In this document: positions 26,052 through 43,149 of the stretch, one piece after another | Position numbering within the stretch: the stretch's first letter is position 1 | How the letters are laid out: every line of letters begins with the position of its first letter | Assembly: GCA_043228905.1 (NCBI GenBank) | Contig: JBHGNT010000004.1 | Coordinates: forward strand, 3,782,001-3,846,000 | DNA length: 64,000 nt | Source: Azolla caroliniana | Lineage: Eukaryota > Plantae > Polypodiophyta | Direction of reading: 5' to 3' | The notes under the pieces: model-generated | The model's input: the letters and a program-made list of their open reading frames with translations, nothing else | Told to the model about the DNA's origin: nothing | Databases searched by the model: none | Translations under genes and position numbers: made by a program

Positions 26052-27007
26052 GAAATAAGATTCGATGATAACATTTTAACCTTCTTAGAAGTGACAAAAC
26101 ATCCCCGCGTCAATCCAAATTTGGTCATATTCGAAGTCGGCGTAAGACAATGGTATCTCACATTTGCTTCATGCAAACTTACAAAGTTTATTCGTACTTT
26201 GCGAAGACAACCTTATGTCAACTTACATCATGGAAACTCACAAAATTCAATGCTTTCCGACTTTCATTTCTAAGACAATGCATAGTCCACCACGACATTA
26301 ACGAGTTACCAACACATGTGAAAATGATATATGCACAACAATATTCAAAACCATCGTGCAAAAGGCTTGTTTATTATGTACAAAAATAGAGTTATGGCAT
26401 GGGCTCCTCGAAGAGTACAAAATATGGATCGAGGAATCTAGTGGGGAAAATCCTTTCATATTGGGGCAAGATTGAGCAATCATGTTCAGGTCATCATAAA
26501 TATTCCCTATCCCACACAACATATGTGCGAAAAGACTCTTCCTATTTTCACGTGTTGAGAATGCTAGAGACGACCTAGATAAGGCCTTTGTGCATATGCC
26601 CAAGTTATGAGATGGGATTTTTTTAAAAATACATTGCACATCAAACATTGTGTGTAAACTCCATGTGGGTGCAAATTAAAAAGACTCTTGCCTTTTTTGT
26701 CATTTGTTGCGAATGCTAGAGGTGGCGTCCTAGATGAGGTGTTTCTGCACACCCATCAATTGTGGAGGGGTGTGAACAAGTTCTAAAAATATTGCAAGTC
26801 AACGCATTGGGTCTAGACTCCATGTCCTAGCTCGTGTCTAAACTTCACAGTATGACTCATGTATATTCTGAGGCACACTCGAGCAAAAATTTCACTACAT
26901 TGTACTAAATTTACAATATGCGATCATGAAATGATGTACTAGGGGGGGTTGAGCGCTTGACCTAATTTCGGGTCACTTTTGGGCAACGACCTTATGATCG
27001 CTAGTAA

Positions 27008-27121
27008 GGGTCCATCAGACAACCTTACACCATAAAGGTTCCATAGGACAACCTTACACGGCAACAAAGGTTCCATCAGACAACCTTACACGACATCAGA
27101 CAAACCTTACATGACAACAAA
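27008..27121. repeat. ~30-bp minisatellite (ggttccatcagacaaccttacac...), about 4 units
   Basis: gacaaccttaca recurs four times (one gacaaaccttaca variant). Confidence 0.8.
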
Positions 27122-27894
27122 TGCTCCACTGGAGATGACAAAAAGGCTCTAGCAAGACTCTGTGTCGAATCAATGTTCTGAGGGTGTCGGTCATTTTGTT
27201 CGTTTCTCTAGATCGAGCGAAACAAGGGGCAAATAATGTTTGGGGCCCCAGGGGGATCTCTAGTGGGTGTGGGTAGGCCAGTGACATTTGGAGTCTTGGA
27301 CTCATTGGAGCCGTTAATTAACACACACCTCTCTCTGTCTTGGCTTGTCTGTGTCTATGTCAGTCTCTCGGTCTCTGTCTTTGTCTCTCTCTCTCTATAT
27401 ATATCGCTTTGATTCCCTATACTTAACATTCTAATGTCAAAAGTCTCTTAAATTTTTCATTGGTTTTTTCAACCTTCTTCTTCATTCATTCATTGGCATA
27501 TCCAATGTCCATGACTACTTTTGGAAAAAAATAAAATAAAATGTCCATGACTGACTGACTGACTAATAAGAGATAAATAAATTCATTTTGGAAGATCAAG
27601 AGAGGTCTAGTCAAGTGGCCATTCTGAGCTCTTAAGGGTCCCCACTTCCCCCCCCATTTATTTATTTATTTGCTTATTTTCTTTTTTTTCTTTTCATGAT
27701 TTTTTTATTTTTCTGTGAAATCATTTATAAAATTGCTGGGTTTTTTTTTTCTCTCCCTTTGCACCTGTAACTGAATTGGAAGTTGAGATATGCAGATTTG
27801 ATTTAATCCAATGGATTCTTCTGCACTTCTTTTGTACTATTAATCATCAAAAAAAAAAAAAAAAAAAAAACCATTGGAAGTTTAATCAATCTCT

Positions 27895-28136
27895 CCATAA
27901 TCATATATAGATACAAAATTTTCCATATAAATTCTGCATAATCATATATATATATATATATATATAGATACAAAATTTCCATATAAATTCTGCATAATCA
28001 TATATATATAGATACAAAAGTTCCATATAAATTCTGCATAATCATATATATATATATATACAAAATTTCCATATAAATTCTGCATAATCATATATATATA
28101 TATATGTATATATAAAATTTCTTTATAAATTCTGCA
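27895..28136. repeat. ~45-bp minisatellite with variable (TA)n core upstream of OPR
   Basis: ttccatataaattctgcataatc(at)n(gat)acaaaa repeated about 5 times. Confidence 0.9.
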
Positions 28137-28307
28137 GGAACTGGCGATTTGTTCCAACTAATTGATCTTTCCCCTTTAAATTTTGCTGCTTTAAAAAAAA
28201 TAAAAAAATAAAAAACGATCAAAAAGGAGAGAGACATACCCTCAGAGAGATTTGACTGCTAAATGTATTAAAAAGGAAGCTTCCTAGAAGCGTTCCAGTA
28301 CATACCT

Positions 28308-28353
<46 letters not shown>

Positions 28354-28791
28354 CTCTCTCTCTCTATCTCTTTATATATATGTATATATATAGAGAGAAA
28401 GGCCCATACGAATCACCACCGCCATCGCCAGTTAATACTCTGTTTTTTCCCCTCACGATTCACCGATCAATCTCAAAACCCTAACCCTTCTGCATAGCGC
28501 AAATCCAATCCATACATTCCAAATCCATCCATTCTTCTGACAAATCAAGTAACCTATACGCAACCACATATCATATATACGTGTAATGCATCCTCAGATT
28601 GTCTGCACAACTATCCGATTTTAATTCACCTAAACTTAGTACTACGTAACTAACTATCTATCCTTCACCCATTCCCATCTGTGAGAAGAGCTCTGCTTCT
28701 TCACCTCCTTATTGATTCCTCAGGCTACTTAATTCACCTGTTATTAAAGAGGTTAATTGCTTGCTTAAGCTCCCCAAATCAATTCGATAAT

Positions 28792-32596
<3,805 letters not shown>

Positions 32597-34856
32597 CATG
32601 TGACATAGACAGAAAAAGTAGACCAAGATTCCATCAATCCAATGGATTATCATTCAACTAAATTTTAATCACATTAGCTTTCTTCCTTTTTAACTCATAG
32701 ATAGAAAAATTCATATGTTTTCAACATTACCAAGGTGTATATAATTTATCTAATTGATATAATAGAGGGTCAATATTTTATTTTCTTATTATTTGTTATT
32801 TTTTATTCCTATTAATATGAACCATTAAGTTCGAAAGTGATATAATATCGGACTTTTTGCATGGGGCAATGTTTCCGAAAATTCAACAAAACTCTTAAAC
32901 ATGTCTATTCATGTGAAGATTTGACGTAATTAAAGTCGAATCTTGCCTATCTTTGTACGTTGCATCCAACCTTGTTTCCGAAGATTCAACGAAAAAGTCG
33001 GACCTTTTTCGAACCTTGTGGATTCTTGTACTTCATGGCTTCGGAACGAAGATTCCACCACCGAGAAGTTGAACCATGTATCCTAGGATTCAACCCATGC
33101 TATGAAGGGAACAAGGAAAAGGCTATTGCTTTAATATTTAAGATGTAAGATTAATAGGATATGAAACTATACGTGATTTTAATGTGGGGTATTACACTCA
33201 CTACAATGCTACATTACCAACCTATAATTGAATACATATATATACACACATACAACCATATACCATATGTTTATATATTGAAATCAATGAGCATGACATT
33301 GATGTTCTCATTGCACATACACAAAATACATGATGAATCTTGTAATTCATGATCATTGTCCACATCCAATACTCATGCATTGGTTTCAAAACGACCAAAA
33401 TTTTAACCAAAATTACTCTTATTATATTACTAATGTTGGACCCCTAGAGGAGGGAACTACCTTAGATGGATCTGGGAATATCCGCTTGTAGCCCCAAACT
33501 AGGAGTACAAATGTTTTCGGAAATACGCTTACACCTAATGCCTTCTTAAAAAACAAAAACCAAACTACAGGACAAAATGTTTCGGAAATATGCTTCCACT
33601 AATGCCTTCTTCAAAAATAAGTTACAAAAAGAAGACCAATCCTCCTGCATTTATAATTTTATGGTTAGAACTTAGATGGGTATCACTTTTAAGATGACCC
33701 AAAAATCTCGCAAATTTAGGCCGTTTGGGAAGTGTCGAAATTTAAAAAGAATATAACGTTGGACCTATCGATGCATAATTTCTACAAATAAATGGGTACC
33801 AAAAACGTTTTCACTCTTGACAAAAAGTTAACCAATGTATGTAAATGCATGCTTTGATGTAAAGTTTGAGTTAAATGGATGAAGAAAAGGCCCAACGAAC
33901 TAAGACAAATATACCTTTGATTCTACAAAAGTGAAGTGAAATATTGGCTAGGTGTTTTTTCTTCGTTATCTTTACCTATAAAGATTGGCTAGGGTTGTTC
34001 GCACGACTTTACAACATTGATTGTAATATTGGACTCCTTTGTATATTGCGTTTGGCCACTTTACTTTTAATACCAATGGGGGATATTTTTTCACGAAAAA
34101 AAAAGTGAAAATCAAATACATATGTGTACGAATGTATTTATTTAAAGCCTAATAAAATAAGAGACAAATACCTTTGATACTACAAAAGTAAAGAACAAAT
34201 ATCATTATAACGTATAAAAATGTTGAGTCACCATCATCAACCTTCTCGTCTTACTTGAAATCATGGGCACTATATCATAATGAGAGGATTAATGGGAGAA
34301 ACATTAGGGCACATATGAGAAGGAAACATTGTGCTCTTTTTTACTTGGCATATGAAAGAAGGAAATGTATAAGACAAGTCTCCCAACGCCGTCCAAAAAG
34401 ATTTTAACTCATATAAAGACCTCCAACGTGGAACATGCCAAACATTAAGTTCTCGACAATTCCAATTTATCAAGATCACACAATGAATAATATTATTTCG
34501 TCGTGAATTCGTAATGTACCCGTCCGACCAATTTTAATTTATCGAGCACATAGAGAATACATTATATTTCTTCGGGAAACTTACTGAAAAGATCCCATGG
34601 GGATTGAGTGAACACACAATTGTTTTTTATTTATGTGAGACAAAAGAGAAATAGATGTGAAAAATGTTGTGTTTGTTGGTCCTAAAGAGTATTTTGTTAT
34701 TTTTTGATGATCCACTCCCCAACCTAGTGGTGAGCCTACTAACAAAAGAGGGAGATGGAAATCATGGTGCTATAACTCTTGGTAAACTAAGAAAAAATGA
34801 TGTTTCACCTACCCAATAAGATGATGATCCACACAAAAATCCATGACTAGCAACCA

Positions 34857-35321
34857 CTAATCATGGTGCTCATGACCATGACCATGACCATGATCATGGT
34901 TGTCCTCTTCTTGGGGTGGGACGTGAACAACCACGGGCGAAGATTTATGGTCGGGCACTCGGACATGGACGGGGGAGGATGGGGTGAGTCCGGGGACACG
35001 GATTGTGAGAGGGGTCGACGGGGTAATGTCGGCACCTGGGACATCAATGTAACCTCCCGGGACACGCACGTGAACCGGAGGAGGAGGAGAGTCATGGCTA
35101 TGGCCTTTACCATGATGACCATGCTCATCATTTCCACCGGTACCGTCGACCGAAACCCCCTCATGATCATGTCCATGTCCATGGCTACTACTTTCCGATA
35201 GCACCCGACCTCGAAGATGAGCTCCATGAATGTTTCGAGGAAGTGTCGTGGCGGTAGCGAGTAAACATAGTAGGGCGGCCAAGAGGACGAAGGTGAGGTC
35301 CATCCTGAAGCTCATCATCAT
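34857..35321 (-). CDS. Secreted His-rich protein of unknown family (copy 2), 154 aa, intronless; paralogue of 10070-10960
   Basis: Signal peptide (LTFVLLAALLCLLATATT), GVSVD motif, and core SPPPPVHVRVPGGYIDVPGADITPSTPLTIRVPGLTPSSPVHVRVPDHKSSPVVVHVPPQEED aligning with copy 1. TATA-like tatatatt at ~35366-35373. Confidence 0.85.
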   Translation of the reverse strand: MMMSFRMDLTFVLLAALLCLLATATTLPRNIHGAHLRGRVLSESSSHGHGHDHEGVSVDGTGGNDEHGHHGKGHSHDSPPPPVHVRVPGGYIDVPGADITPSTPLTIRVPGLTPSSPVHVRVPDHKSSPVVVHVPPQEEDNHDHGHGHGHEHHD

Positions 35322-35457
35322 GATACAAGCAGCAGCTGCTAAGGAGGGGGTATAGCCTATAGGAGAATATATATGGATATGTATTAGTTATGGGATAGGA
35401 GGGGAGCAGTAACCACTATCTTCAGTTTGTGATGGGTTCCAATGATAGACACACCCA

Positions 35458-35489
<32 letters not shown>

Positions 35490-36614
35490 GTGTGTGTGTG
35501 TGTGTGTGTGTTGGTACAAGTGGGCGAAGGAAGCATGCATATATAATTATATTGATAGGAGGAGGTGGGGACAATGTCCATCCCTTCTTTTGTCCACCCT
35601 TTTTGCTCCTATTCATGGGCATATCTCATTCCATATGCAATCATACTTATTCATCATTACTTTTGTCCAACAACACATGTTTTCAAAAGTCCTGCCATAC
35701 CTATTTGGCGTGTGTGCGTGTGTCTCAAATGGTCGATCATAAGACACTCTCTTTTGGGGATGGCCCGGGACCGTGGACCGTACTCTTGAATTCATCTTAG
35801 ATTAAAATCTAAATTGAATCTTTTACATAACATCGCGTTTTTTGGCAATGGTGTTGACTAGAAGCGTTTGGTACCGGAGCCTCCGACATTTCTAAAATAG
35901 ATGAGAAGTATCCCCAAGTCCTTATATTTTTGTAGTGGTGTTAGAAAAGTCACACACTTCTAGTTTATGTCCTAGGAGGTGCTGGAAATTTCGGCAATTG
36001 TGACCAAAGAAGAAGTGTTGGAAGTCCCAATGAGCTTTGTTCTATAAAAACGAGAAATCAAATATGTTGGAATCAAGTAGTTTTTGGTGGGTTTCAACGT
36101 TCTCGACTTACATGTTCTAACATAAAATTTACATCAAAATTAAGATTGAACAATACTAGAATAATCCAAATGCATATTGATAAAAGTGATATACATGAAC
36201 TTATGAGTATTTACAAGGCTTCCCAAATTAACAAGAAATGTTTTAGCAATCATTATCATGCTCCAAGTGATGTAGACACATAAAGTCCTCACTATTTCAG
36301 AGTAATCATCAATATAATCATCATCGAACACATCTTTGACATCCTTGTTTGTATCATTATTAGGACCGGGGGCATGTTTGCATCAAACAAAGCTATTATT
36401 TTAGAAATACTAAAAATACTTAGTGAAGCATGTTCTTTGTGTAACTCTACATTGTTGTGTTCAAGGGAAGCTAGCATTGACATTATACCAAAATATCTCA
36501 TATTTGTATTTTTTTCCCAACAATGATTTATATTATGTCTAAAGTGATTTAAATGATACATGGACACTTCCAAATATTCTTAACAACTTAATCGTGGATT
36601 TTTATTTGAAATAT

Positions 36615-37600
36615 CTTTTTTTAGTAACACTTTTATTACTAGTGGGAAACCTCAAAGTGAGGTGAAAACCCACAAAGCATAAAGAAAAATATACAAGTGT
36701 CGATTAGACACTAAAGAGCTTAAAAACACTCAAAGTAAAGATTGTAAATTTGCAGTGTGATGTCTCTATGTTGCAGACAATCAAATAGAGATTGCTTAAA
36801 GAAGCTAACTTCATGCAGTTGGTTTTGATCAAAGACATTATCATTGCAGGCTATCCAAATGGTCCAGAGTGCCCAAAATCGTGTCCATTGGAGAAAATAG
36901 GCATTGTTGGATAGGGCACACGAAATTTCTCCAAATATCCAAAAGTGTTTACCAAACCTTTAGCCAAGAAATCTGTGATAAAGAGAGGCACTTAGTCTTT
37001 GTACAAATGTTGTAGTGAATGAGCAAGTCCATAATAAGTGTGGGAACGTTTCCAATCATCCACCACATCTTGCACAATGCGGCGAGGCTATTGATCTCTT
37101 TTGAAGATTCGACCCAGTCGGGAGCACACCCAATAGGCATCTCCATAGGAATACCCGTTGCTTAAGTGGAAGACCAGAGCTCTATAAGCTTGTAAGCCTA
37201 GTTTCCCACCAGGTCTACGTTTTGTGTAGGTTCCATAATGCATTTGCATGTTCGTGAAACCATGGGACAAGTTGCAACAACATATACACTGAATGTGTTG
37301 TAATGTTATGCATTGGAATAACAATGTTCCCTTTTTGTAACATCCAATCTTGAACCCTGCGATCTCCATCTAAAGGTGGCACAGGTACTAAGAAAGTACC
37401 AACTCTATGACTTGATTCCAAATAACACGATAATGTGGCCCAAGACTATAACGACATGTCATGTCATTGAAGTGCAATAAATGACCTTGGTCATTTACCA
37501 CATCTGCAATTGATTTCAGCCCCTTCTTTGCTAAAAAATAAGCTTTCCTATGCTCTTATTCAACTAATATTTGAAAGGTCTTACAAACAGTGCATAAAAA
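36615..37600 (-). mobile_element. Decayed LINE 3' portion with conserved 3' terminus
   Basis: The terminus gggttttcacctcactttgaggtttcccactagtaataaaagtgttactaaaaaa matches 11615-11675. Trp/Cys-rich remnant frames lie upstream. Confidence 0.55.
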
Positions 37601-38486
37601 GAAATTATAACATAGAGAAATTTAGGTAATAGCTATATAGATGGATTAGGGGTTCCATTAATTTGAGAGTCAATCATATACATCGCTTTGATGCGGTGAC
37701 CTTCGATATGTTTGGTTGGGTTTTCACATTTAACGATTGATTTGATCTAGACTAGAATTGCCTTTTAGGGCGTAATTTGTTCTTTCGCTAATTGGTGTAA
37801 CCATAGAACAATCTCTTTATTAGGGTTTCGAGTTCAAGGACTACTTTACTATGCATGAGGTTGCCTAAGGTAAACTCTAGCCAACCCTTCCTAAGGGAGG
37901 GAGATGTGGATGTACTAGTTGATTCTAAGTCTATTTTTTTTAAGTCAACCTCCAAGCTTGCTTTCATGACAAGTTTTGTATCCTTTGACACCTCACTCAC
38001 CACTAGGTTTAACACTTAGTTACCTTCTTAGTTCTAATAATTATTTAAAAGAGGAGAGGACGAGTTCATGTAGATCATAATATATGAGCGTTAGTAACTC
38101 GAGAGTACTTGATGACAACTCTCACTTGTTTTGCCAATGAAAGGGTAATCCTCAATATATAACTTTGGTGAGGAGAAAGAGCTCCAACCAAAAAAAACAA
38201 CCATAAAAGATGGAAAAACTTCTTAACATTAGTTTAGAGTTAATATGCATTTAATCGCTTCATTAATAATAAAATATAGATGTCTGAATTAAATAGAGTA
38301 CTTAATAAGAAACAAATATGGTTATCGTAACTAATTAGGCATACAAAGGAAAGTGGCTCATAGTACGAAGCAAGGGAGAGAGAATGAGGACAATAGGTAG
38401 CCCCATAAATATAGGAATACCAAAAGGCCTCTACAATGTGTGCTCTTGCCCTTTTATACATTCCCATAATCCATTCACCATTGCCA

Positions 38487-38673
38487 CCTTATAATGGGTA
38501 GTTTCCACACAAAACAATATAGGCACATTTCTTATATGCGAGGCATAGTTCCTTGTAATGGGTAGTTCCTACATAATAAAATATACACACATTTCTTATA
38601 TGTTAGGCATAGTTCCTTATAACGGGTAGTTCCCACACAATATACGAACATTTCTTATATGTGAGGGATAGTT
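38487..38673. repeat. ~60-bp tandem repeat, about 3 units
   Basis: cctt(a/g)taa(t/c)gggtagtt...acatttcttatatg...g(c/g)atagtt repeated. Confidence 0.8.
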
Positions 38674-38899
38674 GGTACACATAGAAGGATCTTTCTTGTA
38701 TACATTTGGGACAATGTCCAATATTCTAAATCCAAGTAAGACTTTTTACAACAAATGAGTTTGGTTCAATATTAAGGTTCATGGTGATATTAGCACAAAA
38801 TAAGCTTTGCAATTGGCGATTACATTATTTTTGTTAACAATTCTAAATTTGGAATCAACCAGAATCTAATTGTATCCATCAAGAAGACAAGGTTAAACC

Positions 38900-41800
38900 A
38901 AGATATGAAAAGGCATCAAACTATAATCATTTGAAAGGACAAATATGAATATGCACTCCAATAAAGAAGCATCATGTGGGTCACAAAATGGGGTAACATG
39001 TATTGTGAATCCAAACACATAGTCAAACATGTTGGAAGGTTCAATCTCTATAGTCTTAGAACCTACTCACCTTAAAATGTTTTGTGGGTTAGAGGACAAA
39101 TACTCAACATGCTTGTAAGTTTTTGTTGATTCATGAATCTAGCATGTCCAAAAATAATGATACATTATTTAGTGCTTACCCTACATGGAATATGAAATAG
39201 TCTTGGAAGACATTGTCTAGTTAGCAAAATATTCAAATCTTGATTGAATCCCACTCTTGGAAGAGTTTAACTAACATAAGAAAATAAATCATAATAAGAA
39301 AGTTCATGATGTAGAGAGAAAATTATTTAGGTTTCTATTGTTCCATATTCGAATAATTGTACCATCTGTTATGGGACCATTGATGCATTCCACAATCGCA
39401 CCTTCATGTCTATGTATATTTGAACTAATACAACATCCTTGCTACTTCTCTTATCTTTTGTCTAATCTTTCATATCATTGAGCAAGTTCATTTATAACAA
39501 GTACACATGAAATTTTAGTTTATGTTGAATTCGAGTCTATATGATGTTTTTGTTGGTCACCCTTCAATGTTCATTAGCCAAATTCATTTTCATTTTCTTA
39601 TAGGACATTGTCTCATGCCTTCATTCGTTTAGTACTTTTCTTGACCAAACCACTGAACCACAAGTAAACCTTCTTACAATGATTATTCAAGAGTAGAACT
39701 TTATTGAAAAAGGTGTCGAAAGGGTTAACATATTTATTTAAGAGGTGCTATGTGACTTTCAAACCAAGCATAAAGTTGCACTTAGCAACTAAATGTTCAA
39801 TTGTTGATATTAACCACAAACTGGACGTCAAGATTATCACATGATTCATTGGCTGATTTCATGATTTCTTGGTACTGAGGCAAGTTGTCATTGATACTGA
39901 GCTCGATGATTGTTGTTGATGTCATTGATCTGATAATTTCAAGGAAAGAAACATAGAGTAGGCACTTCTAGGGTTATTTTAAATAAATCAATGGCAAGCT
40001 CTATTAGGTCTTCAAGTTGAGATCATCCATACTTGAAGACATGGTTAAGAATCACAAGCCCAACAAACATGTTCAAATCCCACTTGGATAAAATTAAGTT
40101 CAAACTGGACACATCAAATATGCTTTTCTATAAAACATTGGTTAGTTTTCTACACTATTAGTTAATTGTATCCAATTCTATTATATCATTTTCGTTTAAG
40201 ACATCTTTTAAATACTTAAAGAGAGTGTACTACTATTTATTATTAAAAGAAAGCATTGACTTAAACAAAGTTTAGTTCTTAAGTGTTCTGATCGATATAA
40301 CATGACATAATCTTACATGAATCCTCATGGGATCTTGGATGTCATCATCTTGTCATCACAACTGAGGTCACAACTGATCTCACTGAAACATATTCTCTTC
40401 GAAAGAAATTTCGTCTATGAACGATATGTAAATCCACATCAATGAAAAGCCTTGCATGCACAATTCTTAATGAGGTTGAAATTAATAATCATAAATACTT
40501 GTTGAGCTCACCAAAAAAATTAGGACATTTACTACTTCTTTTGTTTTATGCTACCTCTATTAAAGTATTCCTTAAAGTAGGCCAAACTTTTCAAAACGGG
40601 CTTCTCAAAAGAATACATTGACCCTAAACGAACCAATGCTAAGAATAACTAGCCTAAATAAAGAAAGAGAAAAGTCCATTATCCAATATAAGTTATAATA
40701 TACCATTATGCCAAGCAAAATGGAAGAATGAGCAAATAACAATGCCACAAGATGAATGTGTTACAATGGAGGATATGAGAATACAAGACGTTATCTAGGA
40801 AAGTGCAAAATGAGAGCAATACCTTTCTACAATATATAAGAGTCTTAGAATTATTATGTATGAACCTTGTCTTTTGTCGAGTGTGAAATGATTAGACTGT
40901 AGACACCCGAAGGGTAAAATAATAGGAAAATAAATACATTTAATTAAGTTGTAGGTCTAGTTTTAGCATGAGAGGGGGACTTCCCTCCCTCATCAAGCAA
41001 CACAATCAATAGATCTTTAAAGGTTGAATAGTGGGACAATTACATGCCATGTAACATATATAAGTCACATGAGTAGTGCAATTGTAAGTGTGTATGATTG
41101 TTGATCAATTGCTACCCATGTGGTCTTATTGGTCCCCACTTCTAGTTGTGTCTGGTCTTCCATAGTTCGTGCAAGTTGCACAAGCGAGGTTGTAGGCAAA
41201 CATGTGAGAGTTGTGGCATTCAAGGTTGGCCAATGTTCATAGAGTTGTGCCACTCTTCTAAATGAGTGATAAGAGTACGAACCTTTTAGGTAGTATAACT
41301 TAAAGTATGCTTAGGAATAATAATGGATTGGATATCCTAGTTTGTTTATGAGGCTTATAGACAATGGAACAAGCACCAATAGGGCGAATTAGCATACATA
41401 ACCGAAACCCATAGTAATGAGGAGAATAGCCACCAACAATTTGGGGTAATGACTTTGCACCACTCATAGGCCAAATGCTCATACAAACTATCTTTACAAA
41501 ACAAGATGAGATCATTAGTACAAGCATGTATTGTCTCATAATCTAACCCCATATGAGACAACATTTTTGATGCGCTTGCATGAGATTTCGTCTTACCATA
41601 TTATCCTTGTGAAAAATCTTTCTCAACAATTGAAACAAGGAATTCATATTGTATCAATACCCTATCCAAATATTGTTTGTAAACTTCAAGCCTTTTATAT
41701 TAGAATTCTGTGGCATCAACAACTAATCATTAGAAACATCCTTATTAACTAATGGTTCCAAGTTCCAACATCTCACTCGTTACATTGATCTCTTGAACAT
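38900..41800 (-). mobile_element. Highly decayed CACTA/En-Spm transposase remnant
   Basis: MGLDYETIHACTNDLILF (~41500-41560) matches the Transposase_21-region motif LGLxYEKIHACPNDCILY. Boundaries are approximate and termini were not identified. Confidence 0.6.
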
Positions 41801-42237
41801 ATGTATGATCATTAACCACACCTTCATTAATTATTGAATGTCCTCTAATATTATCTAGAGATTTAGCTACAAACTCGTCCCACTATTCTTATTATTTTCT
41901 TTGTTATGGAAAGGTCTTAAATTATATATATGTAATTTCTAATCAATTAAAAGATGAATTGCATATACATACACATGCATTATCAACTATTTACATTAAA
42001 TTTAGATTTCATAAATTATGAATACCTACCACTTCATAATTGATTAAATTTTTTAATTTGTCACGAAATGCATCAATAGCATTATAATCTCCATATCTGC
42101 ATTGAATAATTATGATCCACAATTTTTAATAGCTTAATTCTTACATATGTTGCATCAACTCATAACATGCTCAAATGATTCTTGAGTACCCTTTTAATGT
42201 GCAAAATTTCTCCCAAATACCGTTCTTCACTAGAATA

Positions 42238-42268
<31 letters not shown>

Positions 42269-42593
42269 TTGGTGAAAACACACAATTATATTAATAAGTA
42301 TGGGTAAAAAACAGTACTTACAATGGGTGTGACAATGGAGTATGGTCACCCACTAATTACAGGTCATGGGTAGTGGAACATGTTGAATTGCCAATAAGCA
42401 AAGATGAACACTCCATCGAGGAAAGAATTTCCACTTGCTCCAATAAAGAAAATTACCACATTAGTACTCCCTTCAACTTTCGTAGATATGCTTTCACACC
42501 ATGTATACCATCAAATACAAAAGCGTTGCGCTGTTGTGAAGAATGTGCTTCACGATATAAAAATGAACTTAAATATTATATTAAGTAATATTT

Positions 42594-43102
42594 GAGAGAC
42601 TTGAACCCACTCCCTTCCATACAAAGTATAATATACATACCACTAGGCTAGGCTATTTATTTGGTTTTGTAAACAATATGATTCATTATAAGAATGAAGC
42701 TAAATATTGTACTGAGTAATATTGTAACACTTGAACCCTCAACCTTGTATACCAAGCACAAGGTATACACCACTAAGCTAGGTTATTTGTATTAAAAGAT
42801 ATATTTCCATCAATGTACTTATCCTATATCTATTTTCATACATGAGAGCTCCAATAAACATGATGGCTATCATGCATCACATGTAATGCATGTGCGCCAA
42901 ATGACGATCATGCATCACATGAAAGTCATGCATGTCATCCTCCCACACATTACCATATGCATGACAATACTTATATAAAGAGGGGCAAGGAAAACAAGCG
43001 GGAAATCAAGAGAAAGTTAGAGAAATAATATGATCAAACAAACGAGTTAGTTCATTTGGGAAGAGGCTCATGTTTCGAAGTTGGAGTCAGGGGTTCAAAT
43101 CT
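42594..43102. mobile_element. tRNA-derived (SINE-like) units: - at ~42594-42650 and ~42726-42780, + at ~43045-43102
   Basis: tagcctagtggta...gggttcaagtc and tagcttagtggtg...gggttcaagt on -; tagttcatttggga...gggttcaaatc on +. All have A-box/B-box spacing. Confidence 0.45.
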
Positions 43103-43149
43103 AGAGTTCAACGAAAAAAAAAGTCGCATCTTGTGATCGACATTGTGAC

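Noticed and set aside
23000-26900. Short ORFs between Exo70 and OPR
   Set aside because: No recognisable motifs or splice-consistent model; probably decayed TE sequence that I cannot classify.
27895-28136. Regularly spaced repeats resembling a CRISPR array
   Set aside because: The 'spacers' are just (TA)n, the context is eukaryotic and there are no cas genes; this is a minisatellite.
36636-42240. TAGTG at ~36640 and CACTA at ~42228 as termini of the CACTA element
   Set aside because: The orientation is wrong for a TIR pair and the TAGTG belongs to a LINE 3' terminus.
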